Shown here one piece after another: positions 9,694-21,270 of a DNA stretch of 32,000 bases (position 1 is its first letter; each line of letters starts with the position of its first letter). Source of the stretch: Wallemia ichthyophaga EXF-994 (Eukaryota; Fungi; Basidiomycota); the NCBI RefSeq assembly GCF_000400465.1, contig NW_008806274.1:300244-332243 (forward strand), read 5' to 3'. A program made the translations under genes and the position numbers. The notes below the pieces were generated by a model. That model worked only from the letters and a program-made list of their open reading frames with translations. It did no database searches and had not been told where the DNA came from.

Positions 9694-10691
9694 TTAGATG
9701 TACTTTGAAACCTTTGATGGGTCTTGACCAGCTGCCTTAGCGCGCTTGGTAAGCTTCTCAATAGACTTGTTGCCTCTGACACCGTTGCCCCATGACTTCC
9801 TGTGTTGCTCGTACTTCTCAATGAAGTTGGCGTTGCATGCCTTAACAAGAGCAGCGAGCTCAGATTGGTCTTCAGCACGAACATCTTGGATGGCGGCAAC
9901 AGCAGCAGTCTTCTTGTGCACAACAGTTCCGAGACGAGCCTTACCCTTAACGATAGCATAAGGGACACCCATCTTACGGCAGAGTGCTGGCAAGAAAACA
10001 ACCAACTCAATTGGGTCAACGTCGTCAGCAATGAGGACGAGGTTTGCCTTCTTTGCTTCAACGAGTGCAACAACGTGGTTCAAACCGTACTTGACAAAGA
10101 GTGGCTTCTCTGAAGCAACCTCCTTACCCTCAGCCTTAGAAGCAGCAGCTTGAGTAAGACGAGCCTTCTTCTCGACCTTGCTCTCTGGGCGGTACTTGTT
10201 CATAAGCTTGAAGGCTTGAGTGGCGGTGTTCTTGTCCAAGGTGTTGCCGAATTGGGCAATGCTTGGTGGAACCTTCAGACGCTGGTGGAGGATAACCTTT
10301 TGACGTTGGAGGCGAACGTATTCTGGCCACTTGACGAATCTGGTCAAGTCAGACTTTGGACGGATGTCTTGACCTGTGACTGTGTAAGCAGTAGTCTAAA
10401 ATTCTCCTGAACAACACCTACCAATGCCGAAAGACTTTGGCTGTGACTCGAAGAGTGGGTTGGTGACCTTCTTCGTGGTCTTGCCCTTAGAGTATGGAGC
10501 TGGAGCTGGCTTCTTTCCTGTTCCCGCCTTTGGCTGTTGTTGGTGTTAGCGTGGCTGTCATTGAGACGAGAGGCAACACAAAGGAAGAAGCCCTCGGAGC
10601 TCTAGCGGTGGTGTTCACCCAGCCAATTTAAATACTGTGTGCGCTGCCAATACAGGCTAATTCACTTTGTATTGCCTTCAACACTAACCAT
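9694..10691 (-). CDS. RPL8: 60S ribosomal protein eL8 (L7a/L8)
   Basis: [14 protein letters not shown]|[63 protein letters not shown]. Exon 1 is ATG only (10691-10689), then a 155-nt intron (10688-10534) and a second short intron. Confidence 0.97.
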
Positions 10692-10852
10692 TTCGACTGA
10701 TTTTGCTCTGGTTCAAGAGGCGAGCGAGCCTTCGCTGCGAGAAATTTGCAGTGAAAATTTATTTAAAATTTCTTCTTTACCGGTGCGTGATCCGTAGAAA
10801 ATAAAGGTATTTAAAGGCGCTTTTTATCCACTTGCTTTCCTTCTCTGCCGTA

Positions 10853-11150
10853 TTATGGATTTGAGTGTGCACGTAGTGCCATCCAGTTAAGCGTATATGC
10901 TTCAACATCTTTGTAATCAAAGTCCTTAAAACCCTTGCATAACTTTTTTTTAAAACTGTTGATCGCACCCATTTCCTGTAAATTCTCAGTTTACTTTGCT
11001 GCGTCACCATCCAGGCACAAGTCCGCAAGTAGATCATCACTAAATAGTTGCATAATGATTGAATTATCTGAGAGTACTTTCAACACAGCGAACTCACCGC
11101 TCCAATCCTGTATTATTAAAAGTGATGCGGTCGAGCTTTTCCTGATGTTT
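10853..11150 (-). pseudogene. Stop-interrupted protein-like frame of unknown family
   Basis: ..QDWSGEFAVLKVLSDNSIIMQLFSDDLLADLCLDGDAAK*TENLQEMGAINSFKKKLCKGFKDFDYKDVEAYTLNWMALRAHSNP*, with one in-frame TAA at 10993-10991. Confidence 0.25.
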
Positions 11151-11664
11151 GTGCTTCAATATAAGCTAATACGACTTCTACAACAAAACCTCATAATTCT
11201 CACTACATCACCAGATCGCTGATCCTGACTGGAGTTGACAGCGCTTTGCAAAGGTCACAATGGTTTTGGCATGTCTCAGGGAGAGCAATTTGGAATTTAA
11301 AAGTACATATTTCTAATTACTCGACTTCCATGATTATAATGCACCCTTCCACCACCATTATTTAGATTTTCGAAATCCATTGGTCGGAGGTTTGGCGACC
11401 GATTTCAGAGTTTTGGTGACCCTCACTTTTTTTTTTGCATCAACTGCATTTAATAGGCGTGCAGCGATCCAGAATGTCATTTATTCCTCTCTAGATCCAG
11501 GATTAAGCCCTGTGGACACTAGTGTCGTAAAATGTAAATCGCGTTTATGGCGCCAAACACTTGAAATTTTTGGTTGCTTGAGGACTCAATCATCCAAAAT
11601 AATTTCTGTCTATCGATGAAGCACGTGCGATCTTCCATTATTTCCTATAGCGTGCTCCAGATCG

Positions 11665-12003
11665 ATGTCGGATCACAACTTCCGAACAGCCTACAGGGTG
11701 GCATTGAAGGCTCAAGGATATGATTTCAGGACATAGCAAAAGGGTATGAATATGGGCGGCTGACAAAATTATGATCAACAGCGACAGGAAAAGAAACAAT
11801 TTCAGGATCATAGCTCAGGTTTTGTTCAAATTGCTAAAAGTATGGCCAAGGGTGAAATTGTTGAAGGAGTGGATAGAGATGGCCTTTATATTAGTTACGC
11901 ACGTCAGGAATGCTTGTCAGCGCAGATGGGCAAATTAAGAAATTCAATGTTCTCAATTTCAGAAATCCCATTCGGACTGTTTGTGATTGAGCAGATTGAA
12001 TAA
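11665..12003 (+). pseudogene. Gene remnant or small orphan ORF
   Basis: The frame from ATG 11665 carries internal TAG and TGA. Alternatively, ATG 11720 plus a 38-nt intron (11744-11781, GTATGA..GCTGAC..CAACAG) gives about 81 aa ending at TAA 12003. Confidence 0.25.
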
Positions 12004-12417
12004 GACTGTATGATGGCATATTAACAGTAAAATCACTAATGCTATAACCAAAACTCTCATAAGATATCCATGAAGCCCATTTATCCCACATGAAAAACAC
12101 TAAGATAGCGTTCTTAGAAGCAGAGAAGCTACTCAACAAGAATTGTACACTCAAGCCGAATCCTCTACAGATGTCCTCGCGAATGTTTCCACATTAATTA
12201 CCGCAGAACATACCTTTTAGAGTGAGCTGCCCGTGGTGTCGCCGCTCGCGAGCGCAGGAGGAGGGAAAAGGTGTAGAGAAGAGAGCCACACATTGTAGCA
12301 CCTCAGAGGAAGTGGCAAGTGAATAAATTAAATTTTAAATTCTGTCTGCGCGGTGGGCTGGTTTTCTACCAGCGATCATCAGCAACGCAACGGCACACAC
12401 GTACACACGCAACGAAA

Positions 12418-14236
12418 ATGGACGACAATATAGACTGGCCGGTGATATACCAGCGAATTCGGACTTCGTTCCAGAATGCGCTGGCTGAGTCAATCGTGAA
12501 CAAGCTGAGAAAAGACCAATTCAACAGATCTAGTTTGTATCAGCTGCTTAAAATAGCGGAACACAAGAACGATGACGCGACATCCCTTGAATATTTACAT
12601 GGCTGGGCTAATTCTGAGAACTACGATATTATACCACCCCCAAAACGTGGCCCAGGTCGACCACCGAAGTCATCCCAGCCGGAGGATGACGAGACTGTCG
12701 ATATCCCCTACAAGCACGTATGGAAGACTGGTGATCCTGTGCTGCTCCAGAATACACACAAACCTACGGAAAAAGTCGGTGGCGGTCAGGCACTCTATAC
12801 GACCTTCCCGGCTAGGATAAAACAGGGCATCAGCACTCTTATGCAGCCAGTCAACGCTACCCTTAACCCTCAAGGTGTTATCGAGCCAAAGTATAGCAAT
12901 CCACAGAAAGAAAGTCTGGCGATGCAGGCGATTGCTAATTCGAGAAGGAAGGGTCATGTGAATTATGCAGAGAAGGATCCAGATGATTTCGAGGATGAGG
13001 GCGAGAGTGATGATGAGTCCGGCAGTCGCAGACGGTCGTCGAGACGGCAGACCATGGACGGTGGATCGACTGGACCATCCACACCCCTACCAAGTGGTAC
13101 CAAGCGTGGTGATCAATATAGCTATGTTGGTCCATACCTCAGCGATATCCCACCAGGCTCGTCGATAGTGTCCGAGTATTTAGATAAGGACAGAATGTTC
13201 AGATTGCAATACGCTTCAGAGAGAGATCTCGAGAGTAGCGCTGCGAGAACATTCTTGCCGGTTCCGATAAGGATAGAAATTGACCACGAAAATTGGAGAC
13301 TGAGAGATACATTCGTCTGGAATGCCAACGAGACTGTGCTCAGACCCGCGACGTTCGCAGAGGGCTTGTGCAGTGATCTCAAGATCCCAACCAGACCATA
13401 CGCTGATCAAATAGCTAGCTTGATGCAGCAGCAAATCGAAGAGCATCAAGCTGTTGTTGAAGTAGACGTCAGTCATAGAGAGCGTCTCAAGGAGTTGAGT
13501 AATGGTGGCTTAGTTACCGTCCAAACCACAAAACCGGGAGAAGATGAAGATGACTATGAGAGCAACTTGGTGTATCTCCGTGAAAGGCCTCAAGAGCGCA
13601 AATTTGCAGGCGCTAAACAGGTCGAAGAGGTGGATGGACCACCTGAAGAGCAAGATATAGCGATGAATCTGGAGACTGACTTGAGGGTCATTTTGAATGT
13701 GCGTATGTGTATTTTGGGGTTATTTAGCTGCTCACATTACTACAGCTCGATGTGCAATTCGCCAACTTCCACCTCGTCGATAAGGTTGAGTGGGATTTGT
13801 GCTCACCGATGCCACCAGAGCTTTTTGCCGAGACGCTGTGTCTGGATCTCGGTCTGTCGGGAGAAGCCAAGGCAGCAATAGCACACGTCATTCACGAAGA
13901 ACTCATCAGACACAAGAAAGAGGCGATTGAATCAGGGCTCATGGGAGCATCGACAGGCCAGCTTTCAGACTTAGACCACCCACTGTTTAACGGGAAAGGT
14001 CCAAGGAAGCTGGAGTCGGTGTGGAGAGAGTGGCATGAAGCAGACGAGTATATTCCACGATTGAACTATTACGCAGCTGCAGACATTGAGAAGCGTGAGC
14101 TTGAGAGGGAAAAGTCAACCAGGTGGGTGTGCAGACTTGCTTTCTGCGCCGCTAACAGGAACACTGCAGGCGCATGCGCAGAGACATATCGAAACCGGGT
14201 ACAGGGTTTGGGTCGAGACGCAGATATGGCCGCTAA
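12418..14236 (+). CDS. SFH1: SNF5-family RSC chromatin remodelling subunit Sfh1
   Basis: Repeat 1 LPVPIRIEIDHENWRLRDTFVWNANE..FAEGLCSDL; repeat 2 RVILN|LDVQFANFHLVDKVEWDL..PELFAETLCLDLGLSGEAKAAIAH. Introns 13699-13745 and 14123-14169; stop at 14236. Confidence 0.85.
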
Positions 14237-14466
14237 TACAATATATATTCAAACAAAAGTACTTTGTGTATGAGAGCGTGTGACTGACGTAAGATAGAGG
14301 AGAATGGGAAGACAAGCGGTAATTGTAGAAACATTGAATGATATTAGGCTAATTGATATCATGCCTTCTCTGTGGCTAGATTTCGTCACTCAAAATTTGG
14401 CTAATTTGGCTACTCCAATGATTTAAATGCGCTAACATTCCTCTCTCCCAAGCGTCCATTACTAAA

Positions 14467-16499
14467 ATGTCTGCAATAAGTGCAAAATTCCCAGTCGACC
14501 TTAAATCTTTCAAGAAGCTCTCGCTCGATTACAAGTCCGTCGCGCTGTTTTCTCGCCGTTTTTCACGCTGATCATTGGACAGAAATCCACAACTGAGCCA
14601 GCAGCAGAGAGAAGATCTCTTGCACAACATCAACGTATTCAGAGACGCCATCGTTGCATTTACTGCTACTGGTATGTGTCGTTGCCGTGATTGTCCTGGA
14701 TGACGTCACTTATCGTCCCCTCAGGTTCTGCAAGAGGTGTTTCCGGTCACACTGGTGGTCCATTTGATACAGCCCCAGAGGTGTGCATCCTTCTCGCTTT
14801 CATGAATGCAAACCCTGAAAGATTCGTCGATACCTTCTTCGATGAAGCTGGTCATCGTGTTGCTACGCAGTACCTCCTTTCTGCACTTGACGGTCATATT
14901 GAGCCAGACCACCTCCTTAACTACCGTGAAGCCTACTCTAAACTCCCTGGTCACCCTGAATTGGGCTTGTCTGACGGTGTCAAATTTTCTTCAGGCCGTC
15001 TCGGACACATGTGGGCTATGATCAACGGTGTCGCTCTCGCAAACAGATCTAAGAATGTTATCTTGCTTGGATCTGATGGCTCGCAACAAGAAGGTAACGA
15101 CGCTGAAGCGGCTCGTCTTGCCGTCGCTCAAAATCTCAACGTTAAGCTCTTCGTCGATGACAACGACGTCACCATCTCAGGTCACCCTTCACAATACATG
15201 AAAGGATTCAACACAGCAAAGACTCTTGAAGGACATGGCTTAAAGGTGTTCAGAACTGAGGGTGAAAACATTGACAAGTTGTATGCATCTGTCTGTGAGA
15301 TTGTTGCGTACGATGGTCCAGCTGCTGTTGTTGCGTCGAGAAAGATCGCTCCACAAATCGAGGGCATCGAGGGTGAATCTCACGCCCACGATGTTATCCC
15401 AGTCGCTGTTGCCAAGAAATACCTCACCAAGCGTGGCTACAGTGAAGACCAACTCAAATTCTATGACGACATCAAGGCACAAAAGTACCAATACGAACAC
15501 GTTGGTGCATCTAAGGATGTCGGCGCCAACAGAGTCATTTTCGGTGAATCTGTCAACATGGTCCTCGACAAGCTTTCAAAGGAAGAGGCAGCAAGACGTG
15601 TAATGGTTATCGACTCGGATCTCGAAGGTTCAACTGGTTTGAAGGGTATTCACTCAGCCCACCCAGAAGTCTTTGTTCCATCTGGTGTCATGGAGCGTGG
15701 TAACTTCTCTGCAGCAGCTGGATTCGGATTTGGAGGTAACGGCGAGCGTCAAGGTGTATTCTCAACCTTTGCAGCCTTTTTGGAAATGTGCTTGTCAGAA
15801 ATTACAATGGCTAGACTTAACAGGTGCAACTTCCTTTGTCACTTCTCTCACTCAGGTGTGGATGAGATGGCTGACAACACTTGCCACTTTGGTCTAAACC
15901 ACTTTTTCGCCGATAATGGTCTTCTTGACACTGCTCAAACCAACCTTTACTTCCCAGCTGATGGAGAGCAGATGAAGGCGGTTGTACAGAAGGTATTCTT
16001 CGACAAGGGACCAAAGTTTGTATTCTCTACTCGTGCCAAGGTACCATATATCTTGAAGGAGGGTAGTGAGACAAAGCTTTTCGGTGACAACTACAGCTTC
16101 GTTCCAGGAAAGGAGGAATTTATTAGGAAGGGGTCTGCAGGATATGTCGTTTCATATGGTGACATGCTCCACCGCTCATTGGACGCGGTTGAGCGTCTGC
16201 GTAAGGAGGGAATTGATGTTGGATTGATCAACAAGCCAACACTCAACATTGTGGATGAAGATGCCATGCAGGTATATGGCAAGACAGGATTTGTGTTGGT
16301 AGTTGAATCAATTTCACAGAAGAATGGTATGGGATCGAGAATGGGTACACAATTGCTTCAACGTGGATTGACAACCAAGTATGATTACATGGGTGCGACA
16401 ACCGAGGGATGTGGAGGAGTTGCGTACCAAATCAAGCACCAAGGATTAGATGCACCTGCGGTCCAAGATAGAATCAGAAAGATTGCAGGACGTAAGTAA
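14467..16499 (+). CDS. Transketolase-like thiamine-diphosphate enzyme (non-canonical TK/DHAS superfamily member)
   Basis: GHTGGPFD, SGRLGH, ThDP motif GSDGSQQEGNDAEAARLA..N, DSDLEGSTGL, GVMERGNF, C-terminal TK domain. Two N-terminal introns; ATG at 14467. Confidence 0.88.
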
Positions 16500-16537
16500 A
16501 GTAAAAAGGGTATCACAATTGACGATATGTATATGAT

Positions 16538-16777
16538 TTAATGATTTTTGTTCAATTCGATTGCTTTATGTATTTTGTCTTGTTGAGATTGAATCTCTGA
16601 TGCATTCCTCTCAATTCCCCTCTCAAGCTCGTCTGTATCGATATTCACCGCTGTTTCGTGTCTATTGAGGATTGCAGCAACGACGTCTTCAACGTTTGAT
16701 GTCGTCACTTGGCTTGAAATTTCTTTAAGAAGTTGCTCATTTGAAAGCTCATGCTGATTGTTGGATGTAAAGTTCAT
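16538..16777 (-). CDS. Small orphan helical/coiled-coil protein (79 aa, possibly longer at the N-terminus)
   Basis: Clean ORF convergent on the TK-like gene. Upstream lie two intron-like segments (16926-16882; 16835 or 16839 to 16794) and a TATA-like TATTTAAG at 17035-17028. Confidence 0.5.
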   Translation of the reverse strand: MNFTSNNQHELSNEQLLKEISSQVTTSNVEDVVAAILNRHETAVNIDTDELERGIERNASEIQSQQDKIHKAIELNKNH

Positions 16778-17546
16778 TTGCGGACTGCCTCGTCTTGGTG
16801 GTTGAGGTTAGAGAGGCCAAGTGACGATAGCAAACTTGCTAGGAGTATCGCTCAAAGCGAACTTTAAACGGACTTCCAGGTCTTTGTTGAAAGTCAGAAG
16901 AGTTGAACGAATGAAATAAAGCTTACTGGGAGTAGCGCAGACTATTTACAGGCAACGGGTTATACTCGCTCTACTATGGCCCCCAAGACGTTTTACAGCA
17001 AGGAAAAAAGGAAAGAAGTGTGGTACTCTTAAATACCGCAGCGACGGACGAGAAGTACGTGACTCGCGCCTTGTGTTTGTTTTGCTTCGCGAACCCCGCT
17101 AAGCTCGTTCCTAGTTAAGGGTCTAACGGCGTACACAGAAGGTACTGTTGACTTTCTGAAAGTATGTCACAACGAAGTGATAGAAAAACTCATACTGGCC
17201 AAAGCCCTCGTTTGTGAATGGAATGTGGTTTTTGTCTTCTATATTGATGGACAAACTGCGAAGAGTTACTTCGCCCTCAAAAGACCGGCGCGACTTAAAT
17301 CGCCTTTCCCTCGTCGAGCTCAATCGTCACTTCAACGAGAGACCGTTGCCTTTGTGAAACGTGGAGGTGTGATGGCCATTGACTGTTCCACAAGACTATG
17401 GGCCTTTATTTTGTACATTAACTCCCTTATTGATCCAAAGTAATACATTTTGTCAGTATCTGTGGTGTCTTAAGGTTCTACGGATGCACCATCAAAAACT
17501 TCCTCTTCTGATTGATCCATTGTGTGATCTACACCCAAGAAGCCCA

Positions 17547-19244
17547 ATGAGCCATGTGAGCTTTGATGTGTTTTTACTGTAAAATCTCATTATAATCCAG
17601 GATTTCTACTACTCTGAGCCTTCTTCTCCACAAGAAACTCACTCGGTGACGCCTTCTCTGTTGGATTATCTGAAAGACGAGTTGAGCTGCGTAGACGCGG
17701 CGGAGACGGAGAACTACAAATCAGAGCGAGTTTCAAACTTCTTAAAGATTCCACTAGCGATTGAGAAGGTCATCGCATTTGGCAGCCTCGTCTGTCTCGA
17801 TTCATTCCTGCACACGTTCACTATCCTCCCATTGCGGGGACTTATAGCTGTGAAGAATGCACCCAAGCGTCTCAACGCTTCACAGAAGTCTGACATTCTC
17901 AAACTTACCTTGTTTCTCCTTCTCTCAACTTTCCTGTTGTTATACACTGAGCCATCACGTATGTACCACGGTGTACGCGGACAAGACAACGTGAAGCTGT
18001 ATGTAATATTCAACGCGCTCGAAATTGCCGATCGGCTGTGTTGTTCAATAGGGCAAGATATCCTCGATACGCTATTCTCGCGCGCAAGTCTAACGCAAGC
18101 ACCCACGACGACGCTTGTAGTGTATCTACTACTAGCGCTGGTTTATGGCATTGCACACTCTCTGGTTTTCCTCTACCAACTAGTCGCGCTCAATGTCGCC
18201 GTCAACAGCTACGATAACGCTCTGCTCACTCTGCTAATAAGCAACCAGTTTGTCGAGATAAAGGGAAGTGTGTTTAAGCGGTTCGATAAGGAATCCCTCT
18301 TCCAGATAACTTGCGCAGATATAGTTGAGCGTTTCCAACTAATGCTGATGCTAGGCGTGATTGCTTTCCGCAATCTGATCGAGCTGAGTGGATCAGACTT
18401 TACATACCTGCCTAGCGCATTCATAAGGTCTAACACTCAGCTTGAAATGATTTTCTCACCTGTCTTGCTCGTCATCATGTCCGAGATGGCCGTTGACTGG
18501 CTCAAGCATGCCTTCATAACGAAATTCATGCACATACGCCCGAGTATCTACGCCCGCTTTATTGACCTGCTAGCTGGGGATTTGGTCCCAGAGAGCGTGG
18601 GCAGGAAGGGACGGAGTTTGAGCTCAGGCTCCAGCTCGCCGGGAGGACTATCCGCGCGCATCAGCCGCCGACTCGGCTTCGCGTCTATACCAATGGGGGC
18701 GTTTGTGGTGCGTGTTAGTGTACAGGCGCTCGGGATGCTCAACGATAGTTCAACTATTGATGAATGTGCGCCATCTTCACATTCAAATGGGATGTCACAA
18801 GATGTTGCACATGAGTTGACACATTCAATATCACACGTTACTCTTCAGTGGTGCTTGCGGTTGCTTGTTGGCGTCGTCGCATGGCTCGTACTCCTCGCAG
18901 TCAAACTCCTCCTTGGCGTCCGCTTACACGCTTTAGCCCTTCACCGCCAAACTGATACTGCAGCGCGCACCGCTGAGGATGTCCTCACTAACTTGCAGAC
19001 TCCAATAGGGGAGAGCGAGGCATATAAGGTGGGTTGGGTTAGTATTGATGTTTTACACTCACGCTCACACACCCTCCAGGACCAGCGCATTGATACTAAA
19101 ATCAGCCTATCGTCACATGCTGACGACGTCCCAAACGCCCCAAAGGGCAAGATACCCCTCGAACAACTATCCAGATGTGAGTATGGGCGTGACGCGCTGA
19201 CTCAGCTGACACTTTCAGATGACATGGTGAAGCGGATCTGGTAG
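17547..19244 (+). CDS. EMP65: Emp65/TAPT1 family ER membrane protein (DUF747)
   Basis: ERVSNFLKIPLAIEKVIAFGSLVCLDSFLHTFTILPLR, SRMYHGVRGQDNVKLYVIFNALEIADRL, LISNQFVEIKGSVFKRF, DIVERFQL, VDWLKHAFITKF; spliced C-terminus RYDMVKRIW*. Start uncertain: ATG 17547 with intron 17556-17600, or ATG 17484. Confidence 0.9.
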
Positions 19245-19458
19245 CTTTTGTAAGGAGGAAAGTGTGTTGTATTACTAGATTGATTAAGAAACAATTGGAA
19301 CATTGAAACAGTAGAACATTGAAAAGTTGAAACAGGATCGAGTGAAAAAGAGTGTGGAATAATTGTTCATTCTTTGTGATATATGGTTGAGAAAGGTAAA
19401 AGATATAAGAGTAAACAGTAAGAGTTGGAATCCAGTCCAATCATCCACTCGGCGGCAC

Positions 19459-21007
19459 CTAAATACCCGAATAGGCGTCGTCGAGATTGAGAGAGGTAGA
19501 GTAGCGAGAGTTGATGTTAGTGTTAGTGTTGCTATACGCTGGTCTGTAAGTAGCCTGAGTGGTATCTACGCCTTTACTTGGGACGGTGTTTTCATAAGGG
19601 TTAGGGAGAAGGTCCACGTGGTTATTGAATGCGTTGGGTGTGTTGAGTGCGCTGCTGCTGCTGTCTCCAGCCGTGTACCTAGGCGGTGAGAGTGAGGGTG
19701 ACGGTGACGGTGACGGCGATACGGACTCTGAGGGAGAGTGCGAAGGCGAGGCCGATGACACGAGTGCCGCGTGCGACTGCACCGATGGCGACCTATCGAT
19801 AAGAGGTGGCCGTGGGGGTATGAGTGCATCGCTGTAGTTGGGGAAGTAGCTAGGGGAGGGTGGTTTGTAAGGGGGAGCAGTGTGCACCAAGTGCTGCATG
19901 TGCGGTGGCTGCATGTTCTGCTTTGGGTTCATGTGAGGTGGCTGTATCTGAGGTGGCTGAGGTGGCTGCATCTGCTGCATATAAGGCATCTGCATCTGCA
20001 TCGGCTGCATATGCTGTGGATATGGGTCGAAAGGCGAGCGAGGGTGCATTGCATGTGGCGGGGACTCAACGCGCGAGATCGGAGGAGCGCCCGGCACGTG
20101 TGCGAGACCAGGCAGTGACGGGAGGGGCATGTAGTTGGTGCTACCTGCTCCTGCAGCGCCCAGACCTGCCATGTTGGGTGCCGAGAGGGTGCTGTCGCGG
20201 AAACCTTGAGCTGAGACATGCATGTCGTTATTACCCTCATCCAAGCCCCCACTCACACTGCCACTCCCATTGACATCGGGAATCATCTCACCCTCGTGCT
20301 TGAACGAGTAGCGGTTGAAGGGGTCGACGACGGTGCGGGTGCGCTTGCGTCGCACACAGCAGCCTATGAGGATAGCGAGGAGGATGATGGCACAGGCACC
20401 GCCGGCTGCTATACCGGCAATGGCGCCGGTGGAGAGAGTGGGGGAGGAATTGTTGGAGGTGGAGGAGGTGGAGGAAGTATCTGCGGTGACTGTATGGACT
20501 TGGCCATTGTCTGGGTCTGTGGAGAGGGAGGGGTGGGAGGTGGGAGAGGGAGTAGGTGTGGATGAGCTGCTGGAGCTGCTGGAGCTGCTGGAACTGGAAC
20601 TACTGGAACTACTAGAGCTACTAGAACTATCAGAACTATCAGAACTACTAGAACTATCAGAAGAGCTTGAGCTAGTCGAAGTTTCCGTCTGTTGAGTTGA
20701 AATGAGAAACGTAGACAAAGTGGCAGGAACGTACGCTGTCGGAGGAGGGAGAGGAAGAAGAAGACGGTGAAGAAGACGGTGAAGAAGACGAAGACAAAGA
20801 AGACGAAGAAGACGGTGAAGAAGACGAAGACGTTGGGGATGAAGCGGCTGTGGCTGCTGTGTTGGTTTCGGTGCTGCTGTTGCTGCTGCTGCTGCCATCG
20901 CCGCCACTATCACCACCTTCACCCTCACTCTCACCGAGTACATCAGATAAGAATTGGCGGTGGTGAAGATGGCGGTTACGGTGGCTACTCAATCTCCTTT
21001 CTAACAT
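19459..21007 (-). CDS. Ser/Thr-rich single-pass membrane protein with Pro/Gln-rich cytoplasmic tail (Mid2/Skg6-like architecture)
   Basis: Exon 1 MLERRL..SSPSSDS is joined by a GTACGT..CAACAG intron to TETSTSSSS..; TM helix GAIAGIAAGGACAIILLAILIGCCV followed by RRKR. Confidence 0.75.
20570..20665. repeat. Coding 9-bp tandem repeats (poly-Ser tract)
   Basis: Repeated gagctgctg / gaactactg / gaactatca units encoding the Ser-rich ectodomain on the minus strand. Confidence 0.8.
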
Positions 21008-21270
21008 TGAGTTTATAGGGTAATTTGGTATATTTGGTTTATTTTAAAGAAAGTCGTGTTTCGTGGTTCTGATTCGAGATACCTTTCGCAGCAGTCGCGC
21101 TCGGACACATATCTAACGAGATATGATGACAGATGAGATAAAAATATATATTTTTATGTAAATACATTTAATAGCGCTTACGTCTATTGCCACGCTCTTC
21201 ATTCCCCTCTTTCCCCCTATTATTCCCCTCATTCTGATTTAGAATCAATTTTTCACCACCGAGACATGGA

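Noticed and set aside
12319-12417. N-terminal extension of SFH1 from the track start
   Set aside because: The start is GTG in promoter-like sequence; the first ATG at 12418 has an A-rich context (AAAATG).
2583-16282. Many 60-170 aa antisense or out-of-frame ORFs within OMA1, GH5, PRE1, the transporter, RPL8, SFH1 and the TK-like gene
   Set aside because: Typical shadow ORFs caused by codon bias; none shows independent motifs or splice signals.
19566-21018. Overlapping poly-Glu/Leu, poly-His, poly-Cys and KKT-repeat ORFs in the track
   Set aside because: Alternate-frame and antisense shadows of the low-complexity Ser/Pro-rich gene.
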